A stretch of 64,000 nt of DNA from Clavelina lepadiformis (lineage: Eukaryota), in NCBI RefSeq assembly GCF_947623445.1, contig NC_135246.1:18900288-18964287 (forward strand). Reading direction: 5' to 3'. Position 1 is the stretch's first letter, and every line of letters starts with the position of its first letter. A model generated the notes under the pieces. That model had not been told where the DNA came from. It did no database searches and saw only the letters and a program-made list of their open reading frames with translations. A program made the position numbers and the translations under genes. Shown here piece after piece: positions 12,990-23,296 of the stretch.

Positions 12990-15780
12990 AGAACGCCACG
13001 CAACGTTTGGCAGGTTTCTTGGCTGTTATTTGTTTTCAATATTAATGATAATGCCGTTCCTTGTTGTGTTAACTTTGAACAAAGGATCTTCTCTTAACTT
13101 TCCTGCATTCGTACTTTGATGATAATTTTAATGACAGTTTTTTACTGATAGTTGTAATTTCTACAATGTGCAATCCGTAATGTGTGTGACTTGGTAACAA
13201 TCGTACTTTCTAGTTCATAATTATCAATGCTTATCGCTGTGCAGTGCTCTGTGAAATTATTAGTAGAATCTTCAATTGTGACATTGTTGAAGTATAAGCT
13301 GCATCTTGCTGCATTTTTGTTTTGAGTATTCAAGCTATTTAATTCTGCTAATCCATGGCAATCATCTTTTTTATTCGCTTGCAGAGTTATATTTTTGTTG
13401 TAAATTTCCCATTTTATTTTGCAACACTGTCTTCATAATTGTGCACTTTTGAGAACCCACGATTTTTGAAATCATGTCATGAGGTTGATTTCTTGTATTT
13501 TTGCTCAGTAGCTTGTGCTATAATTATTAATGCTTTGAACTTGCTTGGGCGAAAGCAAAATTTTAAATGTTTTAATTGAAATCTTTGGGTAATCTTCTGT
13601 TGATATTTTTTATCTTATGCCTTGTATCATGAAACAAACATTTTTCTTGAATGCTCTGGTATTGTGAAACCTATCTTGACGTTATGTAAATTGTAGAAAC
13701 AAGTCTAATTTCATTCTGTCTTCCAAAACTATTTTATTTGTTCGTGGGCAATAAGCATTAATATGTTGAGTTAGTTATATCAAAAATCCTAGAAATAACC
13801 TGGTATAATAATGTATAAGTTTGCCGAAAGCCAGTGTGTCCATGTATTCCCTGAAGCCAGCATATTTCTTCTGGAGTTGAGCTTTAATGCTGGCAATACT
13901 ACACGTCTTTTGCAAGAATCGCAGCCATCCATTTCGTTATTAAGTTGTTTGTTTACAAAAAAGGTTACAAAGATATTTGTCAAACTCTTTAAGCGATTAA
14001 ATATGAAGCTTTGAGATGGGGTTCTCATTTTATGCAGAAATAACAAGAGATTTAGCTGATTGCACGAGCAAAACTGCTGGTCATCAGAATTCGACTGTAT
14101 AAGCCGATGACAGTAACCTTTCATTTAGTAATGGAAACAAGTCTTAATAGTCTTGACACAAGTCGAGTCTTTATAATTACAATCCAAAGTCAAGTCGAGT
14201 CAGTAACGCTTATCAAGTTCAAGTCTTAACACATGTCAATTCACAATTTATTTTAGGTTGAAAGTAAACGGCTTTCTGAATACACATAACATAAATACAA
14301 GCATAAAATCTCATTTCTGACGCTTTTTGTCATTCAGTAGATTGTCTTGCATAGTGATTTTTGAATAAATTGTAAAACTTTTTTACAAATGTAAAAACGA
14401 ATTTGAAATAATTTGTTTTGTGACTCGAGTCAACTCAACCAAAATTTCCATGTTAACACGAGTGAAGTAGAGTCTTTAAAGCACTAAAACCCAAATGAAG
14501 TCTTTCCACAAACCTGTCTTCCGTTTTTGCTTTCATTACAACAGGTTAATTTTATTGTTATGAGATAGCTCATCTGGCTGACATGGGGGCGGCTTGTTCA
14601 TATTACAAAAAAATGGGTTAATGAAAGGTTTTAGTGGTCCAAGAATGATATACTTGAATTGCTTTCATTGTTTGAATAGAAACACTTTTTAATTATTATC
14701 ATATTTTCTGCATTTCAATATCACCAGCGAACTTCAAAAGTAGTTTTTAAAACTACATGATTTTGAATAATCACAAAGCATCAGTTAAAAGATTGTTATT
14801 TTCATTTTTTCATGACAAGCATTCCAATTAAGTACCTAAACATAACAATAAACCACAATGAGTTCATATTGTATATTACGGAATCACAGGAGTATAATGT
14901 GCTGTCTATGTTTGGTTGTAGAGGTGTAATATCATTTATTGATAACACGGTCAAAACACAAATCATTTAAACGAAATAAAAACATTCATTGCAAATAAAC
15001 ACGAAAGCTTAAAAACAAGGCATCGTTGTGAATGATTAACTATGTGACATGAAAAGTGATTGTTTGCGATTGGTTTAACATCTGCAGCTTATGCTTATGT
15101 GATTGGCAAACTTTGTGCACAAAAGCAAACATATAAAAGCTTGCGCAGGTACTGCAATGATATGAAACACTTTTATTAAACCATTCCTGATTTTCCAGGA
15201 ATTTTCACTGGCAACAACAGTTCTGTGTTGAAAACACAATGACAAAATGACCAAAACATCGCATCGAAATAAAATTAGTTGGTAATTAAAACTCTAAGTG
15301 ATAAATACGTGCACCAAGGTGAACATGCTTATATACAAAATATATATAAGCAAAGAACTTATTTTATTGCACTTCTGCTTTATTCTATATTTGGTTGCAA
15401 AAAGACAAATTACAACCGGTCTAGAATTTTGAACAGTCAAATTATATCTGACCAAATGTCGAGTATATCAAAGCAAATTACCTCCTATAAGAAATAAATA
15501 TTTGCAAAAAAGCTACACAACATTGGATGATGCAGAGTAGTAACAAGAATCAATGATAAAAGAAAGTGATTAATTACCACAAACTTATAATTCATCACAG
15601 ATTAAGGAGTTTGAGTAGGCTTGTCTGGTTAACCCCCTCACATGATACTGAATCAATGATAAATTTAACAACCAAAATATATTTCTTGATCTAGAGCTTA
15701 ATACAAGTTGAAGGAACAGGGGGTTTATTTTGCAACTCGACAAGGAATAAAGAACCATTCTTGCATTAAGAGCAGAAAAA

Positions 15781-18700
15781 TTATGGTTTATAATTTGCAT
15801 CGTTTATGGTAACTAGACAGGAGTAATGGCAGTTTTGTGGTAAAAGTGGAATTTTGTTCATGATTCGAGTGGGAACTGCCCAAACGCTAAAAGAGTTTAA
15901 GTTGTAGACCCCGGCTGACGAAATACACGCTTTCATAGTTACCGTGTGGGTCTTTTTAGGCTGCATAGTAAATTTCGATAAACATTTGCCGGCCCACAAA
16001 AACCTAGTACTGGCAGCTGGTATTCCAGTGGTCTGTGTTTGATTTGAGTCCATTCCATTAACATCGACATTCAGTTCACAGTCGTATTGATTTTGCAAAA
16101 CAATCTTAACCTTTACAAAGCATGCACCGGAAGTTATAAAATCATGCTGCTTGCTTCTTTCAAATTCCAGTTTCCATTTGACGAGCTGATGCAGAGCAAC
16201 TAAACTCTGACTGCTATCTTCAGCTGCGTTCGAGTTCTTTAGGAGTCCGATTTTCGACAACGAAACTTTGCTGTCGACCAACTCAGACAAGTGCAAGTAA
16301 TGTTGGCCAACCAGGGTTTCACCTTGACACCGAGCCTGCCATTCCAGCGCTACGAGCAGGTAACCAGGATTTTCTGGGGATAAAATATTTCCAAAGTCTG
16401 ATACAGATTTGAAAGAAAGATTGTTTCCTTCAACAGAAAACGCAGATGAAGTCATTCCAATTTTTTCAAGAAGGTCAAGCTTCTGTAGGTTTCCTTCCAA
16501 ATTTTCATGAATGTTATTTGCTTCGAAATAAACTTTGGCTGATTGAAAGACATCTATTTCTGGTGATGGTGTCTGTGATATCGCACCTAGCACCCAGTCT
16601 TTGGAACTGCACAAAAGTTTTGCACCGTTGAATGCACAAGACTGACTTATGTTGGTCATGTTGACCGATATCAAAGCTCCTTGCCTACTGTTGTCCCAAT
16701 TTACAAGAGGTTGCACAGATAACGATGGCCTTGTAAAAACATCATTACTGTATTTCAACGTCCGAGATTTCAACTGTCCGTCAATATTACCGGCCGATTC
16801 GTAATAAAAATATAAATTCAAGGGATGAATGTTGTCACTGGATGGCGCGTGTATCCAACATAGAAGCTCCACACTTTCATTTGGTTTTAGCTCTCTGTGG
16901 ACAAGAGTCTGTACTTGACAGACTTCACCTTCATATGACTGGCCAGTCACTCTCAAGAAGTGGGCCTGGGCATCAAGTAAAGTCTTGTCAGGGGGGGTGA
17001 AAAGGCATTTTGTGTGAGACCCATATGCAACCTTCACATTCTTCATGTTGCACTGGCCAATATTCGCAAGACAAACTTTATTTGACTTGAGCTCTCCACA
17101 CAACATCTTATGAGGAAAATTTTCATAAATCACATCCAGTTTGGGAGCAGATGGACATACACGGATGCTGGTATTAGCACCGGACCGAAAAAGCTGCTGT
17201 CCGGTTAAATCAAGTGTTGAAATGCTGGTCTGTGACGTAAATCCTGTAAGTTTTGCGATGCTGAGTTGGTAAGAGATCCCAACAAGCTGAAGGTCACCAA
17301 CGCTTTGCGGATTTATTTCAAATGTTAAAACATTTGTGGAGTCCTCCGGGATAATAAACTCCTTAATAGGTGGAACATTGATCTCAGCTTCTGATTCGTC
17401 TTCTTTTGTGAATTTATAGATCAAACCGACATTGGCAAGGGACAACGCAACTTGCAAGGGGTTACAAACAGTGACATCTACCCAAAGGAGCTCGTTAACA
17501 ACAGCTTTAAACGACGAAGACTTACCAATGCCAGTGAAGATTGATGAATTTTGTGGCGATTCTTTCGTGACAACAGTCTGAACAGACTCCTCCAATAACT
17601 TCCATTTAGAGTCGGGAATTACACTTCCGCCAGATGTTGCGTTGCGTGCTGCTATACTAGAATGGTTTATGAGAGGAACTGGAAGATTGGTGACAGCTTT
17701 TGTGGCTTCAGTGTTTCTCTTGGCAACCTGGAGGTATTCGTGAAGAAACATAGCTTGCTGGCTGGTGGGCTGTTTGGAGCCATTGAGCAGTTTACTAAAT
17801 GACTCACATGCAACTTCTAGCTGCTTCAAATTAAACGACTGCCTGCCAATGGTAAAATTGATGTGATCTTCTGCTAAGTTCCACCCACTTCCTCGATAGA
17901 CCTGTAAGGCAGACCTGTAGCATAAAAGGGCACAAGAACGTTGAGAAACTTTTCCATATCTATGTCCAGCTAGCACAATATGAAAGGCGAATTTTCGAAG
18001 CTGAGGCTTCTGGGTACGTAGAAAGCAGTGTGCAATTTGCTCCAGTAGTATTGCACTTCTGAGGTCATCCACTTCACTTGTTAGACGAAAAAGCTGAGCA
18101 GATGCTTCAGCGTACAAGCCCTGCATTCGAAGACATTCGAGACTAACAAGACCACATCTTAAAGCCAAGTAATCGTCGCTGGTTGTAGTAGAATAAGTAT
18201 CGATTGCTGAGTCCACGTAATGGGCAGGATACGCTCTTTGTGAGCGCGGTTGCATGAAGTTGGCTAGTGCAGCCATTTCCGAAGCTCCAGCAGCGTGAAT
18301 CCATACTTGCTCATTAGCGAAATCTTTTCTAACGGCGTGGTAGTAATGATAGGCCTGATCGTACATCTGACAGAGAAAATAAAGATCTGCTAATTTCCGA
18401 ACTTGCAGTTCTGGTGATTCCAGGCCACCACTGCCATAGTTTTTCAGTGCGGGGGCACTGGATGTCTTTCCTCCACCAAAAAAGGTCCGCGTTGCCCTGA
18501 AGATGGATCGATGTATTGCTTTTCTTGATGCAATTTGTTCACTGAAATTGCGAATCAACTTTTCGATGTGAGGGATCAGTCCACGAGAAGCAAAATCGTG
18601 CATAAATGTCTTCAACCCCTCATGATCGGCCAAGGTGAGACAGCATCCGTATCCTTTATCAGAGATGTTGGCTTTCTGTTTCAAGTCTTGCATCCACTTC

Positions 18701-19566
18701 TTATCAGACGGGTGCACTTCGGTGGACGATACGGAAAGGGGGTCAGCTGACAAATCATTAGACGGAATATCGGACATGTTAATGCCGTTTGCTTCAGTGG
18801 CCATCTCTGGCAGTTTGCGATTCAGGAAACATCCCCATGGATCAGGTAGTTGCTGAGTCTCACTGGCATCTTTGGAATTGATGCGCAGAAGGTAGCAGTT
18901 GTTGTTTCCGTACATAGATTGAAGATCATTCATCACAGACTTTGCTCTTTCAAAATCGGGGTGAGAATTATCATGCAGAAGGACGTAATACTTCAAAGTA
19001 TTTGGTACCATCCATCGCACCGAGTGATGTTGAGTGCTGTGCTGTATTTGATTTTGATGTTGGCTAAGCTTTCCAAATTCTTCTACCGGATTCGGATGAC
19101 GAGATGAAACTACCAACATGCAAGCTGGACAGTGGTTGATGAACTCGTGCGGCTTTTGTGGAGCCGTGGCTGTCAAAGTGTCACGATATGCTTCAAACCA
19201 AGGGCAAGACATGTTGACTGCAACGCTGTAGCCATCTGATGAAAGAGAAAGCGTCTTTGATGTTTCTAATATATTGGCCGCGTCACTCACTACATCTGAC
19301 AACAATTGTTTAACGGCATTTTCATCGGCTGGGGAACATCTCATATCACATGTTGTTATGTGAAGATCACGGATAACATAAGCTTGGTTGTTGGAATCAT
19401 GAACGTGTATCTCGGAGTTAATCGTACAAAATGGACGAATTAACTCAGCGAACGAAAGATTATTTCGACGGCTTATGATCTCGGCATCTTGACTGCACAG
19501 AACTCCCACTCTTGGCCCAAACAAAGTCTTAATGAAGCCATCAGTACTTTGTGAGCACTGAGACAT
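15781..19566 (-). CDS. TRAPPC8: Trafficking protein particle complex subunit 8 (TRAPPC8 / Trs85 homologue), 1261 aa, single uninterrupted exon
   Basis: ORF-track ORF of 1261 aa. The N-terminus MSQCSQSTDGFIKTLFGPRVGVLCSQDAEIISRRNNLSFAELIRPF parallels human TRAPPC8 MAQCVQSVQELIPDSFVPCVAALCSDEAERLTRLNHLSFAELLKPF. Conserved internal blocks include NHCPACMLV, IPNTLKYYVLLHD, GCCLTLADHEGLKTFMHDF..GLIPHIEKLIR, PELQVRKLADLYFLCQMYD, FHIVLAGHRYGK and AEDHINFTIGRQS. AATAAA sits about 50 nt 3' of the stop on the - strand (about 15727-15732). A possible acceptor tttttatag lies just 5' of the ATG on the - strand, suggesting a 5'UTR intron. Confidence 0.9.
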   Translation of the reverse strand: MSQCSQSTDGFIKTLFGPRVGVLCSQDAEIISRRNNLSFAELIRPFCTINSEIHVHDSNNQAYVIRDLHITTCDMRCSPADENAVKQLLSDVVSDAANILETSKTLSLSSDGYSVAVNMSCPWFEAYRDTLTATAPQKPHEFINHCPACMLVVSSRHPNPVEEFGKLSQHQNQIQHSTQHHSVRWMVPNTLKYYVLLHDNSHPDFERAKSVMNDLQSMYGNNNCYLLRINSKDASETQQLPDPWGCFLNRKLPEMATEANGINMSDIPSNDLSADPLSVSSTEVHPSDKKWMQDLKQKANISDKGYGCCLTLADHEGLKTFMHDFASRGLIPHIEKLIRNFSEQIASRKAIHRSIFRATRTFFGGGKTSSAPALKNYGSGGLESPELQVRKLADLYFLCQMYDQAYHYYHAVRKDFANEQVWIHAAGASEMAALANFMQPRSQRAYPAHYVDSAIDTYSTTTSDDYLALRCGLVSLECLRMQGLYAEASAQLFRLTSEVDDLRSAILLEQIAHCFLRTQKPQLRKFAFHIVLAGHRYGKVSQRSCALLCYRSALQVYRGSGWNLAEDHINFTIGRQSFNLKQLEVACESFSKLLNGSKQPTSQQAMFLHEYLQVAKRNTEATKAVTNLPVPLINHSSIAARNATSGGSVIPDSKWKLLEESVQTVVTKESPQNSSIFTGIGKSSSFKAVVNELLWVDVTVCNPLQVALSLANVGLIYKFTKEDESEAEINVPPIKEFIIPEDSTNVLTFEINPQSVGDLQLVGISYQLSIAKLTGFTSQTSISTLDLTGQQLFRSGANTSIRVCPSAPKLDVIYENFPHKMLCGELKSNKVCLANIGQCNMKNVKVAYGSHTKCLFTPPDKTLLDAQAHFLRVTGQSYEGEVCQVQTLVHRELKPNESVELLCWIHAPSSDNIHPLNLYFYYESAGNIDGQLKSRTLKYSNDVFTRPSLSVQPLVNWDNSRQGALISVNMTNISQSCAFNGAKLLCSSKDWVLGAISQTPSPEIDVFQSAKVYFEANNIHENLEGNLQKLDLLEKIGMTSSAFSVEGNNLSFKSVSDFGNILSPENPGYLLVALEWQARCQGETLVGQHYLHLSELVDSKVSLSKIGLLKNSNAAEDSSQSLVALHQLVKWKLEFERSKQHDFITSGACFVKVKIVLQNQYDCELNVDVNGMDSNQTQTTGIPAASTRFLWAGKCLSKFTMQPKKTHTVTMKACISSAGVYNLNSFSVWAVPTRIMNKIPLLPQNCHYSCLVTINDANYKP

Positions 19567-19822
19567 CTTTAACTCTCACAATAGTTTGCTCCTATAAAAA
19601 CAAAAATGTTTGTTTTTGTTCCAGTTCAATAAAAACACTCCATGTATACCAACTTCAAAATTCCATCAAAATTGAACCATAGGCTATCAAGTATTGGCAA
19701 GGAATGGTCACATAAAAAACACTGTCAAACATTGGGTTATCAAGTTATGTACAGATTTAATGTAAAAATACAAATAGGGTAAGATAAACTGAACTGGTGC
19801 AACAGACCAAAATTAGCACATA

Positions 19823-20297
19823 CAGTCAGACCTCGTTAATCCGGACCACTTCGCTTCGTCATAAAATGTCGGTTTAGCGGGGGTATCCGGATTATCGGAA
19901 AGCGAAAAATCAATCAATCTTGTAAATGTAGCACTGTGTTCAAAAAGTAGTATGCACCTTACTCCAATTCTAAGTATGCGTAGGAGTTTAAAGAGTGGAA
20001 CTGCAACATTATTATGTGTAGATTATCGGCTATAATCGGCTATTTTCGTCAACTAACTACTGTGTCTAGGACAATCGTGAATCATTTTCGCTTCACTCTC
20101 AATAATCCGGTTTGTCAGAATTAATTGCTATTTATTTAGCACATTTGTTCCAAAACTTTTGTGTCAGAGTTGGACAGCAGGGTTTCCAGATTAAAGGGGA
20201 AAAATGCATAGGAAGAAATCTGTTCCCGGCATTTTTGTGTCGGATAACGGGGATTCCGGTTGTTCAGAGTTCAGATTAATGAGGTCTCACTGTATGT
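19823..20297. mobile_element. MITE-like non-autonomous element with about 25-bp terminal inverted repeats and nested internal inverted repeats
   Basis: The left end tacagtcagacctcgttaatccgga pairs with the right end tccgg..cagattaatgaggtctcactgtatgta (reverse complement tacatacagtgagacctcattaatc). Internal inverted copies of ccggattatcggaaagcgaaaa and ttttcgcttcactctcaataatccgg are also present. It has no coding capacity. Confidence 0.55.
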
Positions 20298-20436
20298 ACA
20301 TTTCAATTTAAAAACTATAGCCTTTAGAATTGCCATTCACCATATTCATCCAACTAGAAAGTATGGCATTTTTCGACGAGAACTTGTGCGTGCAAAGCTG
20401 TGAATTTAGGCGTGCACTTGAGCCTCAATTCTTCAT

Positions 20437-20543
20437 TTGGGTCTAGCACAGAAGTACACAACAAAATGACATCACAACTTGGATGACAGTGGTCTAGCAT
20501 AGAAATGTATCACGCGTTTGTGCACTTCTGCACTAGACCCTTG
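20437..20543. repeat. Short inverted-repeat unit of a dispersed repeat family (gtgcacttctgcactagaccc)
   Basis: gggtctagcacagaagtacacaac (20437-20460) is the reverse complement of gtttgtgcacttctgcactagaccc (20518-20543). Related direct copies occur at 150-182 (tggttgtgcacttctgcactaggctagacc) and 26847-26872 (tggttgtgcacttgtattctagaccc). Confidence 0.45.
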
Positions 20544-22387
20544 TTTTATTATAACTTGGCATCCAGGTGACTAGCATTTGTTGTTTATTTATTATAAATC
20601 GGCGTTAAGGTAAAAAAGTTTGGTTCTAGTACTGTATACAAGTGCGCAAAGTTTGGCATAGACATGTACCACCTTATGTACACATTGATGAGCTTCGTGC
20701 GTGCAGGTGTCACACTTTCCACTATGGTGTATTCCTCTTTTCCTACTTTGGTGAACGGCGGCGGCGGCGGTTAAGATAAGTGTCTAGGCAGCTTCACCGG
20801 CCGCCGTTTACCGAAATAGCCTAGGAAATTGCGTAACCAGCTAGCCTAGTCGTTTACTGAAGTAGCTTTTTCCAAATTCGGTATATGGCAGTCAGTGAAA
20901 CAGACGCTGCCTTGATTAAATGCACAGGCGACAAAATTCAGCCAAGTGCATATTTATTCATGTAACTGTGCGCATTAACGTACCTGAAGTGAGCTACCGG
21001 TACTGAATCTCATGAAAACTACACTTGAGTGCGCCCTTAGGCTTGTCCAACTCTGCAGACCGGGTTACAAGCCGACAAGCCTGACACTGACAGGCTTCAG
21101 GGCTTGGGTTTAGATTAGTAGCGGTCTACCCGCGGTGTGTTGTATAATATAATCCGTAAGTTTTGAACAGAACACTAGAAAAAATATTTTTGGACGTACA
21201 AGTTTTTCCTGTGAAATAATGACAACCTAAATTAATCCAGTATCAAATCATTTTTCTTTCGATTAGGCTAGCTGCAATCGCATAAAACAACTTTCCCACT
21301 ACCGGTAACACTGTGAAGCACCTTGAAGAAGCAAAGACTGGCAAAAGTACAGCCGCGGTTTCAAGCTATTCGATCATGCAACAGTTCTTATCGCTTAATG
21401 CACCGGTAACGGCATTATTTGTTACGTCATGCGTGTGTCATGTTAAGGTTTTTCGGTGATGATGATACATTTTGATGACAGTTAAAGAGGAGAGGATTCG
21501 TGCAAACAAATTTAGCTTATATCAAACAGCAGTATTCACTGATTAAATTAGGGTAAAAGTTAGTAAAATTTGGCCGCTGTACTAATCAGTAATCACTATA
21601 GAATTTAGACTAGGCCTATAATAGCCTACGTTTTTTCTTTAGATTGTATTTTAACTTTGCTCATTCCAGACGCTTAAGTTTTTGCTGCTTTTTCTCATTT
21701 GTTTTTGCTGCTATTTTTATCATGCCATAACGTAATGGTTATCAAGTTTATTGTTCGAACCCCAGATGCAAAGAGGAAAAATAATCCTTGAAATAAACAA
21801 AGTAACCTACTCATGCTTTGACGGTAAACTAAACAAAAGGCGTGAAAATTTCTAATAAATATTGAGACAGTTGTGACGTTTTGGACCTGAAAAGCCAACA
21901 ATGGGTAAATAAATAAACCCTGTGCTAGGCAACTTGATTTTGAAAATTTTTATGATGAATCAAAAATCTGATACCTATCGCAATTAAACGCATGTACCTT
22001 TCCATAACCGCTTGTAATTTATTTCCAAATATGGTTAGTTCGATTACTCAATGTACGTGAAAAACAAACGAATTTATTGACATTCAAATAAAGCACCAAT
22101 TGTGGAAAATAAAATGTGCATATTTTTAAGGAAAAGAACCGCAAAAACAGAAGTCATTCAGGGCAAGTCAGAGACGTACGCAGCAGCCTATTTTGACGAA
22201 ACGAAAACTGTCACGTTTGGACTTCTAAAAAAATTAGTTTCATGCACATCGCAAAAGCGTATAGACTGGTCCAAGTTTCGCTTTTCTCATATTCTTGGGT
22301 TATCTGACGGTGCTGCGTGACTTTCATTAAAAAATAGACATCATTTATTATCCTTATACGCAGTTTCTTTTGGGCATAATTTAGTTG

Positions 22388-22911
22388 CCGAACGGTTAAA
22401 ACCAGGGCTTTGGAGCCGGAGCTGGAGCCCGGAGCCGGAGCCCCGGAGCCGTGCATTTTCAAAGGAGCTGGAGCTGGAGCCGGAGCTCTTCGTGAAATTC
22501 AAATGGAGCCGGAGCAGGAGCTGGAGCCAGTTGTTTGAAACATAGCTCCGGCTCCGATGTATTTCATAAGATGCTATGTTACTAGCCTACTACTATTGGC
22601 TGAATTCACATAATTTAAGAGCAACCCTTCACAAAATTAAGAATTACTGGGGATTTGACAGCAGAGCAGTCACATGTTCATAGTAGCAACCGATGGTACT
22701 GACTACTGACTGACCCATTGAGCTATATATTCCAAATTGAGCCTTCATCCTTAAACCTCAGTTTGTGACGTAATGGAGCCGGAGCTGGAGCCGGAGCAGT
22801 GGTATCAATGAGCTCCGGAGCTGGAGCTGGAGCTAATTTATGATAAAAGAGAGCTCCGGAGCTGGAGCTGGAGCAATTTAAAATTTACGCCTGCTCCGAA
22901 GCCCTGGTTAA
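22388..22911. mobile_element. TIR-bounded element carrying (GGAGCY)n hexamer arrays
   Basis: The left terminus gttaaaaccagggctttggagccggagc (22388) is inverted at the right terminus gctccgaagccctggttaaaac (about 22890-22911). The interior holds four blocks of GGAGCC/GGAGCT hexamer repeats at 22411-22450, 22470-22500, 22770-22800 and 22815-22880. The ORFs in this interval (22211..22462 -) are repeat artefacts. Confidence 0.5.
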
Positions 22912-23296
22912 AACGCCCGGCACACAGTAAAATAATGTCACCCGATTCCGATACCTATCGGCTTTCAAGTTATAACGTTTTTCAGCAACGTATAAAAATC
23001 GCTTACTTTTGATCAATGATCCTGCAGGGTGGACCAAGCAATTTGTTACAAAAATCAAAAACAAACGCAATGTTTTATGTAGCAAAATTGATCAATTTAC
23101 GCGCACTAAGTATTATAAATATACCTTTTCACATAGGATCAGTAACGTTACATAGGCTTGTAATAGAAAAATAATGATTAGGCCTACGTTACACAGTAGA
23201 CTACACACCGTTTAGGTTAATTACCACAAACATCCACCACTTCGAGGTAAGCCACAAATTAGGCAAATTTTGTTGGATAAATTAAGTAGCACTATC

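Noticed and set aside
16446-19107. Six-frame ORFs on the + strand inside the TRAPPC8 locus (16446..16631, 18535..18750, 18635..18856, 18850..19107)
   Set aside because: They are antisense to a strongly conserved 1261-aa ORF, short, and without recognisable motifs. Most likely spurious.
21040-21090. Hairpin aggcttgtc...gacaagcct (9-bp stem) as a possible small RNA
   Set aside because: An isolated short stem without tRNA/snoRNA box motifs, and no flanking conservation that I can assess.
22211-22462. ORF MKMHGSGAPAPGSSSGSKA... over the GGAGCY arrays
   Set aside because: Low-complexity translation of a hexamer satellite inside a TIR-bounded element.
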